Below, piece by piece: positions 1 to 8,658 of a DNA stretch of 60,657 nt. The notes under the pieces were generated by a model that was not told the origin of the DNA, did no database searches, and saw only the letters and a program-made list of their open reading frames with translations. How positions within the stretch are numbered: position 1 is the first letter of the stretch; each line of letters opens with the position of its first letter. Made by a program: the position numbers and the translations under genes. This DNA comes from an uncultured Gammaproteobacteria bacterium (lineage in GTDB: Bacteria > Patescibacteriota > Microgenomatia > Daviesbacterales > UBA10151): contig CAZAZW010000001.1 of assembly GCA_964489875.1 (NCBI GenBank), positions 116,062-176,718 on the forward strand, written 5' to 3'.

Positions 1-55
1 ATTTATTACGAAGTAACAAACTTGATTTATTACGAAGTAACAAACTTGATTTATT
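1..55. repeat. 24-bp tandem repeat (ATTTATTACGAAGTAACAAACTTG) x2 plus a partial third unit
   Basis: Positions 1-24 and 25-48 are identical and 49-55 begin a third unit. There are no spacers. It lies just downstream of the stop of the 57..1328 gene. Confidence 0.9.
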
Positions 56-56
56 T

Positions 57-1328
57 TTAAACATAGTCTCCACCAGATTTTCTGGGAAAATAACAGTAAA
101 TAAGGTATCCGGCAACACTGACAAATAAACTTTGGAATAAGCTCCTCGAAAGATTAAGATCAAGATTTATTCCAAGCAGCTGCCATAAACTAGACCCATT
201 ATATAGAAGAGGATTAAGAGGCGCAAACAACCCTATTGATAATGACTGCTCAAACAGAAGCACCGAACCCAAGAAACTAACTGCTATTACAAACATCAGG
301 AAGATATGTTTAAAATTGCTGCGAATAAGTTCGATAATTAAAAAGGGAGTAATCCATAGAAACCACTGAGGATGATAATGTGTAAATACAAAAAATAAAA
401 GCAGGATTATCAAAAATCTTTGCCATAAGTTTTCTGCTTTTTCTGCCTGATACAGGCAAATAAAATAAAACAGCCCAACTAAACTTAAGAATAAAATAAT
501 ACTTTCACCACCTGATACGGGAATTTGCGCATACAGGCTTTTCAAGGTTTGGTTTGCAACTAAAGCCGTTGACCTAAACCCGAAAGAGCCGATAAAAGGA
601 AGTATTGTCGCCAAATAAACCACCCCTCCTAAAAAAATAACCAATATGCGTTTGAGCCAGGTATTCAGAAGAAAAGCAAGCGGGGGAAGTAATAATAAAG
701 GATATATTTTAAATGATGCACCTAACCCTAAAAAAATGGCAGCCAGAAATACTCCTTTGTCAAGATTTGCTCTCCTGGTAATCATATATAGAGCAAGCAC
801 TACAAAAGTTGTGGGAATAATGTCAAATTGACCCATCATGTAAGTAGAATAAAGCACCCAGGGGTTAAAGATCCAAAAAGTAAATGCTAAAACTTTTTCT
901 TTTTTAGTAACAAATAAATTATATAGAAGGAATGATGTAGCAATATCGAAAGGTAGGTACGGAATTTTAAGTAAAATTAAGTACAAATATAGTCTTGCAT
1001 CTCCTAAAGTATCCTTAAAATCAAATAAGAACTTATTATGAAAACTTTGATCTGTCAAACCTGTCAATATCCAATTTATAGTTCCTATAGAAAAATATAC
1101 GGCAGGCGGATAGTTGAATAAGTCAACTGGGTACTTTTTTAAAAGTTCATTATCCCTATTTAAACTGTATGTATAATCATAAAAATTTGATACATTCCCT
1201 TTACCAATCACATAACCTGCCAGATCGAAATGCACAATATCCGGGTGAAATGTAACGGCCGACAAAACCAGCCTCAGTAAAATACCTATTAACAAAACAA
1301 AAATTAAAGGTTTTCTTAAAAAGCTCAT
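57..1328 (-). CDS. GT-C fold membrane glycosyltransferase (GT87/PIG-M/DUF2029-like)
   Basis: Multi-TM protein with an acidic first loop (FHPDI), FNYPP, KIPYLPFD, FNP...GQFD, K-YP and HPQW motifs. Confidence 0.75.
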   Translation of the reverse strand: MSFLRKPLIFVLLIGILLRLVLSAVTFHPDIVHFDLAGYVIGKGNVSNFYDYTYSLNRDNELLKKYPVDLFNYPPAVYFSIGTINWILTGLTDQSFHNKFLFDFKDTLGDARLYLYLILLKIPYLPFDIATSFLLYNLFVTKKEKVLAFTFWIFNPWVLYSTYMMGQFDIIPTTFVVLALYMITRRANLDKGVFLAAIFLGLGASFKIYPLLLLPPLAFLLNTWLKRILVIFLGGVVYLATILPFIGSFGFRSTALVANQTLKSLYAQIPVSGGESIILFLSLVGLFYFICLYQAEKAENLWQRFLIILLLFFVFTHYHPQWFLWITPFLIIELIRSNFKHIFLMFVIAVSFLGSVLLFEQSLSIGLFAPLNPLLYNGSSLWQLLGINLDLNLSRSLFQSLFVSVAGYLIYCYFPRKSGGDYV

Positions 1329-2968
1329 ATCAATACTACTATTAATGATACTAAAAAAGCCCCCAAAGAAACAAAGTTTAATAAATTCCTAAAACTTGTT
1401 TCTTTGAAGTAAATCTCTGCTTTGTGAAACCCCGCAGGCATTTGGATGATCACTTGTCCATATGGCTTTCCTGCCAAAACTTCTGCAGATTTCCCATCAA
1501 TTTTTGCCTGCCAACCAGGAAAATAGTATTTGCTTAAGTTAATTAAACTTTCTCTATCTGAATTATATTCGAATACTATCCTTAAATCATTTAATTTTTC
1601 AACTCTGTTTATTCCTTCGATAGGGAAAAGTAAAGGAAAATTTACATCCGGCCTTTTTTCAGTTGCTTTTGGCAGTCTTAAATATTCTTCTTGAGTTTTC
1701 TTATACTCTTCACTGGCAACAGGATAGGGGATATAGCGACTAAGAAAATAGTCATCTTTTCTGCCTAAAAAATCTTGTGGTCTAAAATAAATTAGTCCAG
1801 GTAAAACTATTATTAAAAGAGCAAATACTAAAAAATGCTTTTCAATTCTTAATTTATCAAACATTATTAATAGTAAAGGAATGAAAAAAGTTGTTAAAAT
1901 TAAAAATCTCCAGGGAAATTGGAAATAGGGTAGCTGCGGCAGGTTAATCCACAGAAAAACAGAGCGATGATTCATCAGAAAGATTGCTACTAGCGCGGCA
2001 CTTAAAGCCCAGGCAATCAATATTTTTTTCTGATTTTCTATCTTCTTCCATTTCAGTAAAAACAAGAAAGTTGCTGCTACCAAAATTAAAATATTGGCTG
2101 CACCCAAAAAGAAAGACATGCCGTCTCCCGGCCCGGGAACAGAACCACCATATCCCCAATAAGGCGTTATAAGTTGTAAAAAGGTGGGAAAATGATCAGC
2201 GAAATTAAATACCGTATCATATTTCATTAAGCTACTCTCCCTTAATGCAGGCAACCAAAAATAGCTGCTGACAAAAAGACCTAGAAAAACCATTGAAAAC
2301 GTTTTAACCAAATACGCCCATCGGGCCGGGTGAGAAAAAAACTGCAAAATAAACAGCAGTCCTACAAAAGGAAAAAACATATATGCTGTTATATTGTGCG
2401 ACAACACTAGGGAAGCCAGAGAAAGCGCACCAATCCCGATCCATTTGAGACTTTTATCCCGGTAAAGCTTAACAACTGATAAAACAATCAATGGCATAAA
2501 CATAAAGCTGACAATCTCCCCTATTGCGCCTCTGATATATAAATCTACTGCTCTATAGGGCGTATAAATATATAAAACTGCCCCGATTAAACTTAAACTA
2601 CTTCCTATAAATTGCCGAAGAAGCAAATACATAAATATCCCTGAAAGCGGAATACTGATAAAAAAAACAGCTTTTATGCTGTCTACAAATGACAGGCCTA
2701 AAAGATGAAAAGTCTCTCCCAAATAAAATGGCAGCGGAAAAACGAAATTAAATAAAGGATAACCAAATCCAAAGCTTAAATCCGGCACAAATCGGGGAGG
2801 AATTTGACCAGTCATTAACGTTTTATGAAACTCATATAACCAAGCTATATGGATATCATCGGATGCGCCGTAATACCCCGGGACAAATAAAGCCCAGCTA
2901 GCTGGAATCGATAACAAAAATATGGTAATAATCCAAAATTTACTTAAAAATTTTTCTAGTCTTTGCAT
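1325..2968 (-). CDS. GT-C membrane protein (YfhO / '6-pyruvoyl-tetrahydropterin synthase-related' membrane family)
   Basis: SDD acidic loop, RFVPDL-FGFGYPLFNF, YRAVDLYIRGA, QFPWRF and YFPGW motifs; paralog of the next two genes. Confidence 0.75.
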   Translation of the reverse strand: MQRLEKFLSKFWIITIFLLSIPASWALFVPGYYGASDDIHIAWLYEFHKTLMTGQIPPRFVPDLSFGFGYPLFNFVFPLPFYLGETFHLLGLSFVDSIKAVFFISIPLSGIFMYLLLRQFIGSSLSLIGAVLYIYTPYRAVDLYIRGAIGEIVSFMFMPLIVLSVVKLYRDKSLKWIGIGALSLASLVLSHNITAYMFFPFVGLLFILQFFSHPARWAYLVKTFSMVFLGLFVSSYFWLPALRESSLMKYDTVFNFADHFPTFLQLITPYWGYGGSVPGPGDGMSFFLGAANILILVAATFLFLLKWKKIENQKKILIAWALSAALVAIFLMNHRSVFLWINLPQLPYFQFPWRFLILTTFFIPLLLIMFDKLRIEKHFLVFALLIIVLPGLIYFRPQDFLGRKDDYFLSRYIPYPVASEEYKKTQEEYLRLPKATEKRPDVNFPLLFPIEGINRVEKLNDLRIVFEYNSDRESLINLSKYYFPGWQAKIDGKSAEVLAGKPYGQVIIQMPAGFHKAEIYFKETSFRNLLNFVSLGAFLVSLIVVLI

Positions 2969-4604
2969 AAAAAGTTAGGTAAAAGATAATTAGCAATGAT
3001 AAAAAAGAAATTGTGTTACTTGCAGTTCTAATAGGTGTATTTGTAAGCCTCCCTAAAATTAAATGCCTACCGGGTTGCAGACTTATGCTTATCCTTTTTA
3101 CGTAATTATCATTTGTGTGTTCAATCTCTTTTCCTGTTTCATAAACCTTCCAGTTTGGAAAATCCATTATGGGCATTTCTACTTTAGCAGTAGATGTAAC
3201 ATCTAAATCTAGTTTCCAACTATTAGATTTTTTCTCAAAACTTTTAATTTCTGCTTTTCCAGTTTCAATGATTGGTTTATCTGGCGCAGGCTCAAGGGGT
3301 TCTCCTGCCCCAACCGGTAAATAATCTAAAATCGATGCTTTCTGTTGCGTCTCCCAAGCTTTACCAGAAAGTTTTGCCTGATCTGTTAAATCAAAAATAA
3401 ATTCCTGGGGCTTAAAAAAATTCCAATTAAATAGTACTGTTATTATCATTAAAATAAAAGCAATCATTTTCCCTAAAGACTGTTTAAAACAGTAAACCAG
3501 GCATCCTCCTAAAAGCGATGTTGCAAAAATTGTCACAGCCAAAAATCTCCAGGGAAACTGTGCAAACCTTAAGATTCCAACTGCCTCCCAAATAAAAGCT
3601 GATTTATTGTGTGTCATAAAAATCGATAAAACAAAAATTAACAAGATAATTATGGAAAAAAACAAAAATTTTTTATCTTTACGTTTTAATAGCAGTAGCA
3701 GAGGTAGCGGGAAAAAAACCAAAATCCAATGCGGCCAACCTATCTGAAAAGATATCGTATCACTGGGTCCGGGAAATGATGCTCCATATCCCCAACTTCT
3801 ATCAAAAAGCAGTTGTGAAACTGTCGCAAAATGAGCTCGGAAGTCTAAATCAAACCTGACTAAATTATCTATTTGCACTAAATCCTTTTCAAAGTAGGCG
3901 GGTAAAGTGAAAAAAGCTGATAAACCTAAACCTAAAATAAATCCATAAACTATCCATCTGATATTTCCTGCTCCTTCCATAAAAAGCCAGTAGATAATCA
4001 TTAAAATTAAAAGAGGCAAAAAAAACAGAGTCATAATGGTATGACTGGTTAAGAAAGCCGCTAGAGAGACTGAAAAGAGAACTAAATATTTTCTAGATTG
4101 TTCTTTAATTAACTTTAAAGCAAAATATGCAACCAGAGGAATTATCGCAATCGCGAAACTTTCAGATACTGCTCCCCTCACATAAGTATCCAAAGCTCGG
4201 TAAGGGGCAAACATGTATAAAATTCCTGCAAAAAATCCTCCTGTTTTACCAAATATTTCTTTTGCTAAAAAGTACATTGCAATAGGCGCCAGGAGCAATG
4301 GAATAAAAAATAAAATCTTTGCAGAAATAATAAATGGCAGGAAAAAACTTAAAACTCCGCCAATATAATACGGCAGAGGATTGTAGTAGTTAAAAAGCGG
4401 ATAACCATTCCCATACCCCATATCCGGCACCCATCTACAAGGAATTTGCAAATCCTGCAGACAACGCCTCATCTCAAATATTCTCATTATTTGTAAATCA
4501 TCATGGTGGGAAAAATATCCCTGTAGAAAAAGCGGCCATACAGTAAATGATGACAATATTAAGATTATAGAGATTGGCCAATGTTTAAGTAGAATGTTTT
4601 TCAT
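2940..4604 (-). CDS. GT-C membrane protein (YfhO-like), paralog 2
   Basis: HDD loop, RWVPDMGYGNGYPLF, YRALDTYVRGA, QFPWRF and FPNW motifs. Confidence 0.75.
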   Translation of the reverse strand: MKNILLKHWPISIILILSSFTVWPLFLQGYFSHHDDLQIMRIFEMRRCLQDLQIPCRWVPDMGYGNGYPLFNYYNPLPYYIGGVLSFFLPFIISAKILFFIPLLLAPIAMYFLAKEIFGKTGGFFAGILYMFAPYRALDTYVRGAVSESFAIAIIPLVAYFALKLIKEQSRKYLVLFSVSLAAFLTSHTIMTLFFLPLLILMIIYWLFMEGAGNIRWIVYGFILGLGLSAFFTLPAYFEKDLVQIDNLVRFDLDFRAHFATVSQLLFDRSWGYGASFPGPSDTISFQIGWPHWILVFFPLPLLLLLKRKDKKFLFFSIIILLIFVLSIFMTHNKSAFIWEAVGILRFAQFPWRFLAVTIFATSLLGGCLVYCFKQSLGKMIAFILMIITVLFNWNFFKPQEFIFDLTDQAKLSGKAWETQQKASILDYLPVGAGEPLEPAPDKPIIETGKAEIKSFEKKSNSWKLDLDVTSTAKVEMPIMDFPNWKVYETGKEIEHTNDNYVKRISISLQPGRHLILGRLTNTPIRTASNTISFLSLLIIFYLTFYAKTRKIFK

Positions 4605-6312
4605 TTCTTAAAAGCTTAAAGGATAATCCGGTAACAATCAAAATACTTACCAGACTTATTATATTACTTATACTTCTTACCGGCGTATCAAAGAGTTTGG
4701 CTTCAATCTCATGCCTCCCCTTTTCAATATTGAAAGTAATCAGTCCAAAACAATATTCCTGCTTTCTACAATCATCATGCCAGAATTCCACCTTTTTTCG
4801 GTCAACAGTAACTTCCATACCGGGGAAGTCAAATAAAGGCAGCCGTATGGTGGCATTTTCCTTGACTTCTATATCCCCTTTTTGATAATTACTGCCTTTT
4901 TTGTAAGCTATGAATTCCGCTTTTCCGTCTAAAACCTCCGGCAAATCTGGTGCTTTGTGATTGGGAGGAAGCTTTGCGTATATCGGCAAGTAATCAAAAA
5001 TGCTGATCGTTAATTCTTTTTCCCAGAAAGGTCCGGAGAATTTATCCTTGTCAGAAATACCATACCACTCTCTAGGTTGAAAAAATTGGATATGCAATAT
5101 GGAAATTCCCAGCAAAATTAAAATCACAAATATTTTTGCAAAACGAATGTTGATTTGGCCAAGAAAAAAAGCTGTTGCTGAACCTAAAAAAGATAGCAGG
5201 AAAATACTATCAGTTAAAAATCTCCAGGGAAATTGCAGATATGAGAGTATCGGCAGTTTCTCCCAGATAAATGATGATTTCTGATGGATTAAAAACAAAA
5301 CTCCCAGTTCAACAACGGAAAATAATATTATCAGTATCGCTATATTTCTTTGCTTTTTTAAAAATACAAAGGATAAAAGAAATCCCAGTAAGGCAACAAC
5401 CCACTGAATTTGTCCTGTGGACAAAGTTAAATTATTATCCTGCCCAAATCCGGATGAACCGTATCCAAAGTTATTTGAAACAAATAATCTATAAAGTGAG
5501 ACAAAATGTTGTCTATAATCAAAATATCCACCTACCAAAGTTTCCAAATGTGCATATCTTGCTTCAAAAATTACAGGCAGAGTAAAAAAAGCTGCAAGCC
5601 CTATTCCTAAAACTCCCCCTAAAAATATTCTTGGGATAATTTTCCAACTCTTTTTTATAATCAATAAAGATAAACACCAAAATATCGCAAGCGGTACAAA
5701 AATAAGTGTCATCAAATTATGAGTTATCATGAGTCCGGCAATAGAAAGAGCAAAAAAAATCACATATTTTAGTTTTTGCTTACTTATCAATTGATAAATT
5801 GCCCAAAAGATTAAGGGAAAAAATACCAAACTCCAAAACTCACTTAAAGCCCCTCTGACATAAACCTCTAGGGCTTTATAGGGGATGTAGGTATATAACA
5901 TTGCTCCAAAAAAAGCAGGCAAAGAGGTGCTAAAGATATTTTTTTCTTTAGCTTCTCCGTCAAAAAAAGCCTTCAGAAAAATAAACATCGAAAGTGTTGA
6001 AAAAATATATCCCAAAATAAACAATATTTTGACTGAATCTATGATCTGAACACCAAACAAATGAAATAAAGCACCCAGATAATAGACGCTTGGCGGGTAA
6101 TACAAAAACTGAGGATAACCATATTGATAGCCCATATCTGGCACCCATCGGCAAGGAATTTGTAAATCCTGGAAGCACCTAAACATTTGATGAACCCTCA
6201 TGGCCTGTAAATCATCTTGCATAAAGAAAAAACCAGGCCTAATTAGCTGATAAAAAGTAGGAATGGTAAATATTAAAGTTAAAATTATCCAAAATTTATA
6301 TGAGCGCCACAT
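4585..6312 (-). CDS. GT-C membrane protein (YfhO-like), paralog 3
   Basis: QDD loop, RWVPDMGYQYGYP, YKALEVYVRGA, QFPWRF and FPG motifs. Confidence 0.75.
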   Translation of the reverse strand: MWRSYKFWIILTLIFTIPTFYQLIRPGFFFMQDDLQAMRVHQMFRCFQDLQIPCRWVPDMGYQYGYPQFLYYPPSVYYLGALFHLFGVQIIDSVKILFILGYIFSTLSMFIFLKAFFDGEAKEKNIFSTSLPAFFGAMLYTYIPYKALEVYVRGALSEFWSLVFFPLIFWAIYQLISKQKLKYVIFFALSIAGLMITHNLMTLIFVPLAIFWCLSLLIIKKSWKIIPRIFLGGVLGIGLAAFFTLPVIFEARYAHLETLVGGYFDYRQHFVSLYRLFVSNNFGYGSSGFGQDNNLTLSTGQIQWVVALLGFLLSFVFLKKQRNIAILIILFSVVELGVLFLIHQKSSFIWEKLPILSYLQFPWRFLTDSIFLLSFLGSATAFFLGQINIRFAKIFVILILLGISILHIQFFQPREWYGISDKDKFSGPFWEKELTISIFDYLPIYAKLPPNHKAPDLPEVLDGKAEFIAYKKGSNYQKGDIEVKENATIRLPLFDFPGMEVTVDRKKVEFWHDDCRKQEYCFGLITFNIEKGRHEIEAKLFDTPVRSISNIISLVSILIVTGLSFKLLRNEKHST

Positions 6313-6318
6313 GTGAAG

Positions 6319-7839
6319 TTATGGTAATACTTGATATAAAACTACAAAGTCTTGTGGGGAATTATCTAAAGGTTTAGACTTAGGGTATTCTTTTATCAAA
6401 ACTACATTATCTACGCTCCCTTCCAAATTACTTTTGTTGCCTAAAAGATAAGTTAAATTATCCTTAGCAGCATTTCTCAGCTCTGCCGATATTGTAGCTT
6501 TGCCACTAACTATTTGTATTTTCGATTTATCCAAGTAAATTTGTATCCCGTCAGGCAATGTCCCAAAAGAACCTTCTGTTCCTAAGACAATCTTTTTATC
6601 CTTACTTTCTTCTATAAGAAACTTGGCAATTTCCGCAAAGCCATATCCTGCTGTCCATTCCTCAAAATATCCCCTTCTTTCTTCTTTTGGCAGGGGCGCC
6701 TTACTAGGTGAAGTGAGTAATAGAAAATTAAAATATAAAGGAAGCGGCAGTAGCACTAGCAACATCAATACTACCGGAAAGCGTTTAATATAGGCAAGCC
6801 TGGGAAGAAGTTTTGTTACCCCAAATCCGGCCAAGATTAAAAGCAGAGGAATTGAGGATAAAAGATAGCGGGCTGTAAAAGTTTTTAAGAATGCCATATT
6901 CAAAAGTAAGGGAATGATCGCCCAAAGTAAAACTATTCCGCCCAACAGCGACGGCCCTCTAAAAGATTGTTGCCAGATTCCAAATAAGAGGTAAATTATT
7001 CCCATAATCACACTAAGTAAAATCGGCCAGGTCAAAAGCTTTGGGAACCAATCTGCTATATCGCGAAAATGAGGGATAAAAGGATCCAAAGGCCTGCCTA
7101 CAAGCTCCAGGGGAGAAAAAATATAATCAGCATTTCGTGAAGACAACAGATGAAAATTCGGCCCTAGTCTCAAAAAGTTATACATGACCAAGGCAATTAT
7201 AATTGCTACTACCCACAAAATTACCAGCTTTATTAAGGTATGACTCCCCCCCTTGTATTTAAATCCCATTATCGTCAGGGGAAGCAAAAATAGGTTTAAC
7301 ATCCCCGGGGTTTTTGTTAAGATTGCTCCACCAAGCAAGTAACCTAAAATCATTGAGGTATCAAGCCTCAAACTCGACGTTAGCCATATAGCAAAAAAGA
7401 CTATCCAAACTGTAAAGGCTGCCAACATGGAATCAACTAAGGCCATCCGGTCAAAAAAAACAGTGTAAGGAGTAATCACATAAAGCAAACTTGCCCAAAA
7501 AGCGCTACGTATATTAAAAACTCTCTTTGCCAAAAAAAATACTCCAATTAGCGTAAAAAAGCCGGAAACCACAGATAACAGCCTTCCTGCAAGAAGTGGA
7601 TCTTGTACAAACTTTAAAAAAGGGATCATGGCCCACATAAATAGCGGTGTTTTGCCATCAGATAAAGGTAAAAAACGTAGCGTTGACTCAGCTTTCATTA
7701 CTTGGGCCCATCTGATATAAATCGCCTCGTCGGCAAAGATAGGCTGTAAGGTTAAATTTGGTAATCTCAAAAGAAAATAGAATGCTACTAAGCCAACGAG
7801 AATCAATAGCTCTCTTCGATGTTTAACCAGATAATCCAC
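6319..7839 (-). CDS. ArnT/PMT_2-like GT-C glycosyltransferase
   Basis: FADEAIY acidic motif, DGKTPLF, GRLLS and FFDRMALVDS motifs; GTG start. Confidence 0.75.
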   Translation of the reverse strand: MDYLVKHRRELLILVGLVAFYFLLRLPNLTLQPIFADEAIYIRWAQVMKAESTLRFLPLSDGKTPLFMWAMIPFLKFVQDPLLAGRLLSVVSGFFTLIGVFFLAKRVFNIRSAFWASLLYVITPYTVFFDRMALVDSMLAAFTVWIVFFAIWLTSSLRLDTSMILGYLLGGAILTKTPGMLNLFLLPLTIMGFKYKGGSHTLIKLVILWVVAIIIALVMYNFLRLGPNFHLLSSRNADYIFSPLELVGRPLDPFIPHFRDIADWFPKLLTWPILLSVIMGIIYLLFGIWQQSFRGPSLLGGIVLLWAIIPLLLNMAFLKTFTARYLLSSIPLLLILAGFGVTKLLPRLAYIKRFPVVLMLLVLLPLPLYFNFLLLTSPSKAPLPKEERRGYFEEWTAGYGFAEIAKFLIEESKDKKIVLGTEGSFGTLPDGIQIYLDKSKIQIVSGKATISAELRNAAKDNLTYLLGNKSNLEGSVDNVVLIKEYPKSKPLDNSPQDFVVLYQVLP

Positions 7840-7845
7840 CTTAAC

Positions 7846-7854
7846 ATTATACCA
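7846..7854 (-). promoter_or_regulatory. Extended -10 (TGGTATAAT) 6 nt before the GTG start; likely leaderless promoter
   Basis: Perfect TGnTATAAT on the minus strand with a 6-nt spacer to GTG 7839. Confidence 0.7.
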
Positions 7855-7914
7855 ACTCCAAAGCCCTAATTGTCCAGATAGTTCATCTGTCTTTGTTAGA
7901 ATCTTGAAAAATAT

Positions 7915-8658
7915 TCAATATTTCCCTCTCAAGTCATTCCATCTGATCCGGAGCATATCGTAAATTGCTGCCATGGCGTCTTTCACTACCTGCACCCTTT
8001 CAGTATCTACATACTTCCACTCCACCGGCACCTCTGCGATTTTGAAACCATATTTTTTAGCAAGATATAACAGTTCCACATCAAATCCGGCATTAACTGC
8101 GCCGCCTTTAAAGTGTACTACTCCCCACTCATTTTTTATTTTAGGAATAATTTTATCAACTGAAACTTTACTAAATGCTTTAAATCCACATTGAGTATCT
8201 CTAAAAGGTAGTCCTAAAATTATGCCACGAAGTACTGCAAACGCCCAAGCAGATAATTTTCTAATTAGCGGTGCTCCAGCTCTACCACTCCTTGAGCCAA
8301 TCACAATATCAGCTCCTTCTTTAAATTCTGGCATAAACTTTTTAATCTGGGTTATTGGTGTTGCCTGATCCATATCTGTGAAAAGGACTATCTTACCCGA
8401 AGATTTCAGCATCCCTGTCATTACGGCGTCTGCCTTTCCACCATGAGAATTCTGGATTAGTTTAAATTTTTCGTTTTTTACAATATATTTTCTTATAAGT
8501 TCAACTGACTGATCTGAAGAGCCATCATCAACAATAATAACCTCAAAATTAAACCTTTGACCTTCCAAATAATCCCCTACCTCATCTAATACTCCCCTTT
8601 TAAGGTTCTTTTCTTCGTTATATGAAGGTATAACTACAGATATTTTTAACTGTTTCAT
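7915..8658 (-). CDS. GT2 dolichyl/polyprenyl-phosphate beta-glycosyltransferase (DPG synthase-like)
   Basis: VVIPSYNE, IVDDGSSD, GKADAV, FTDMD, DTQCGFKAF and FDVELL motifs. Confidence 0.85.
   Translation of the reverse strand: MKQLKISVVIPSYNEEKNLKRGVLDEVGDYLEGQRFNFEVIIVDDGSSDQSVELIRKYIVKNEKFKLIQNSHGGKADAVMTGMLKSSGKIVLFTDMDQATPITQIKKFMPEFKEGADIVIGSRSGRAGAPLIRKLSAWAFAVLRGIILGLPFRDTQCGFKAFSKVSVDKIIPKIKNEWGVVHFKGGAVNAGFDVELLYLAKKYGFKIAEVPVEWKYVDTERVQVVKDAMAAIYDMLRIRWNDLRGKY

Noticed and set aside
1-55. Possible CRISPR repeats
   Set aside because: The units are directly adjacent with no spacers, and there are no cas genes in the window.
2316-2332. GC-rich GCCC-ATC-GGGC mini-hairpin (HPARWA) as another in-frame palindromic insert
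   Set aside because: Only a 4-bp stem, and the paralogs have similar loop length, so the evidence is insufficient.
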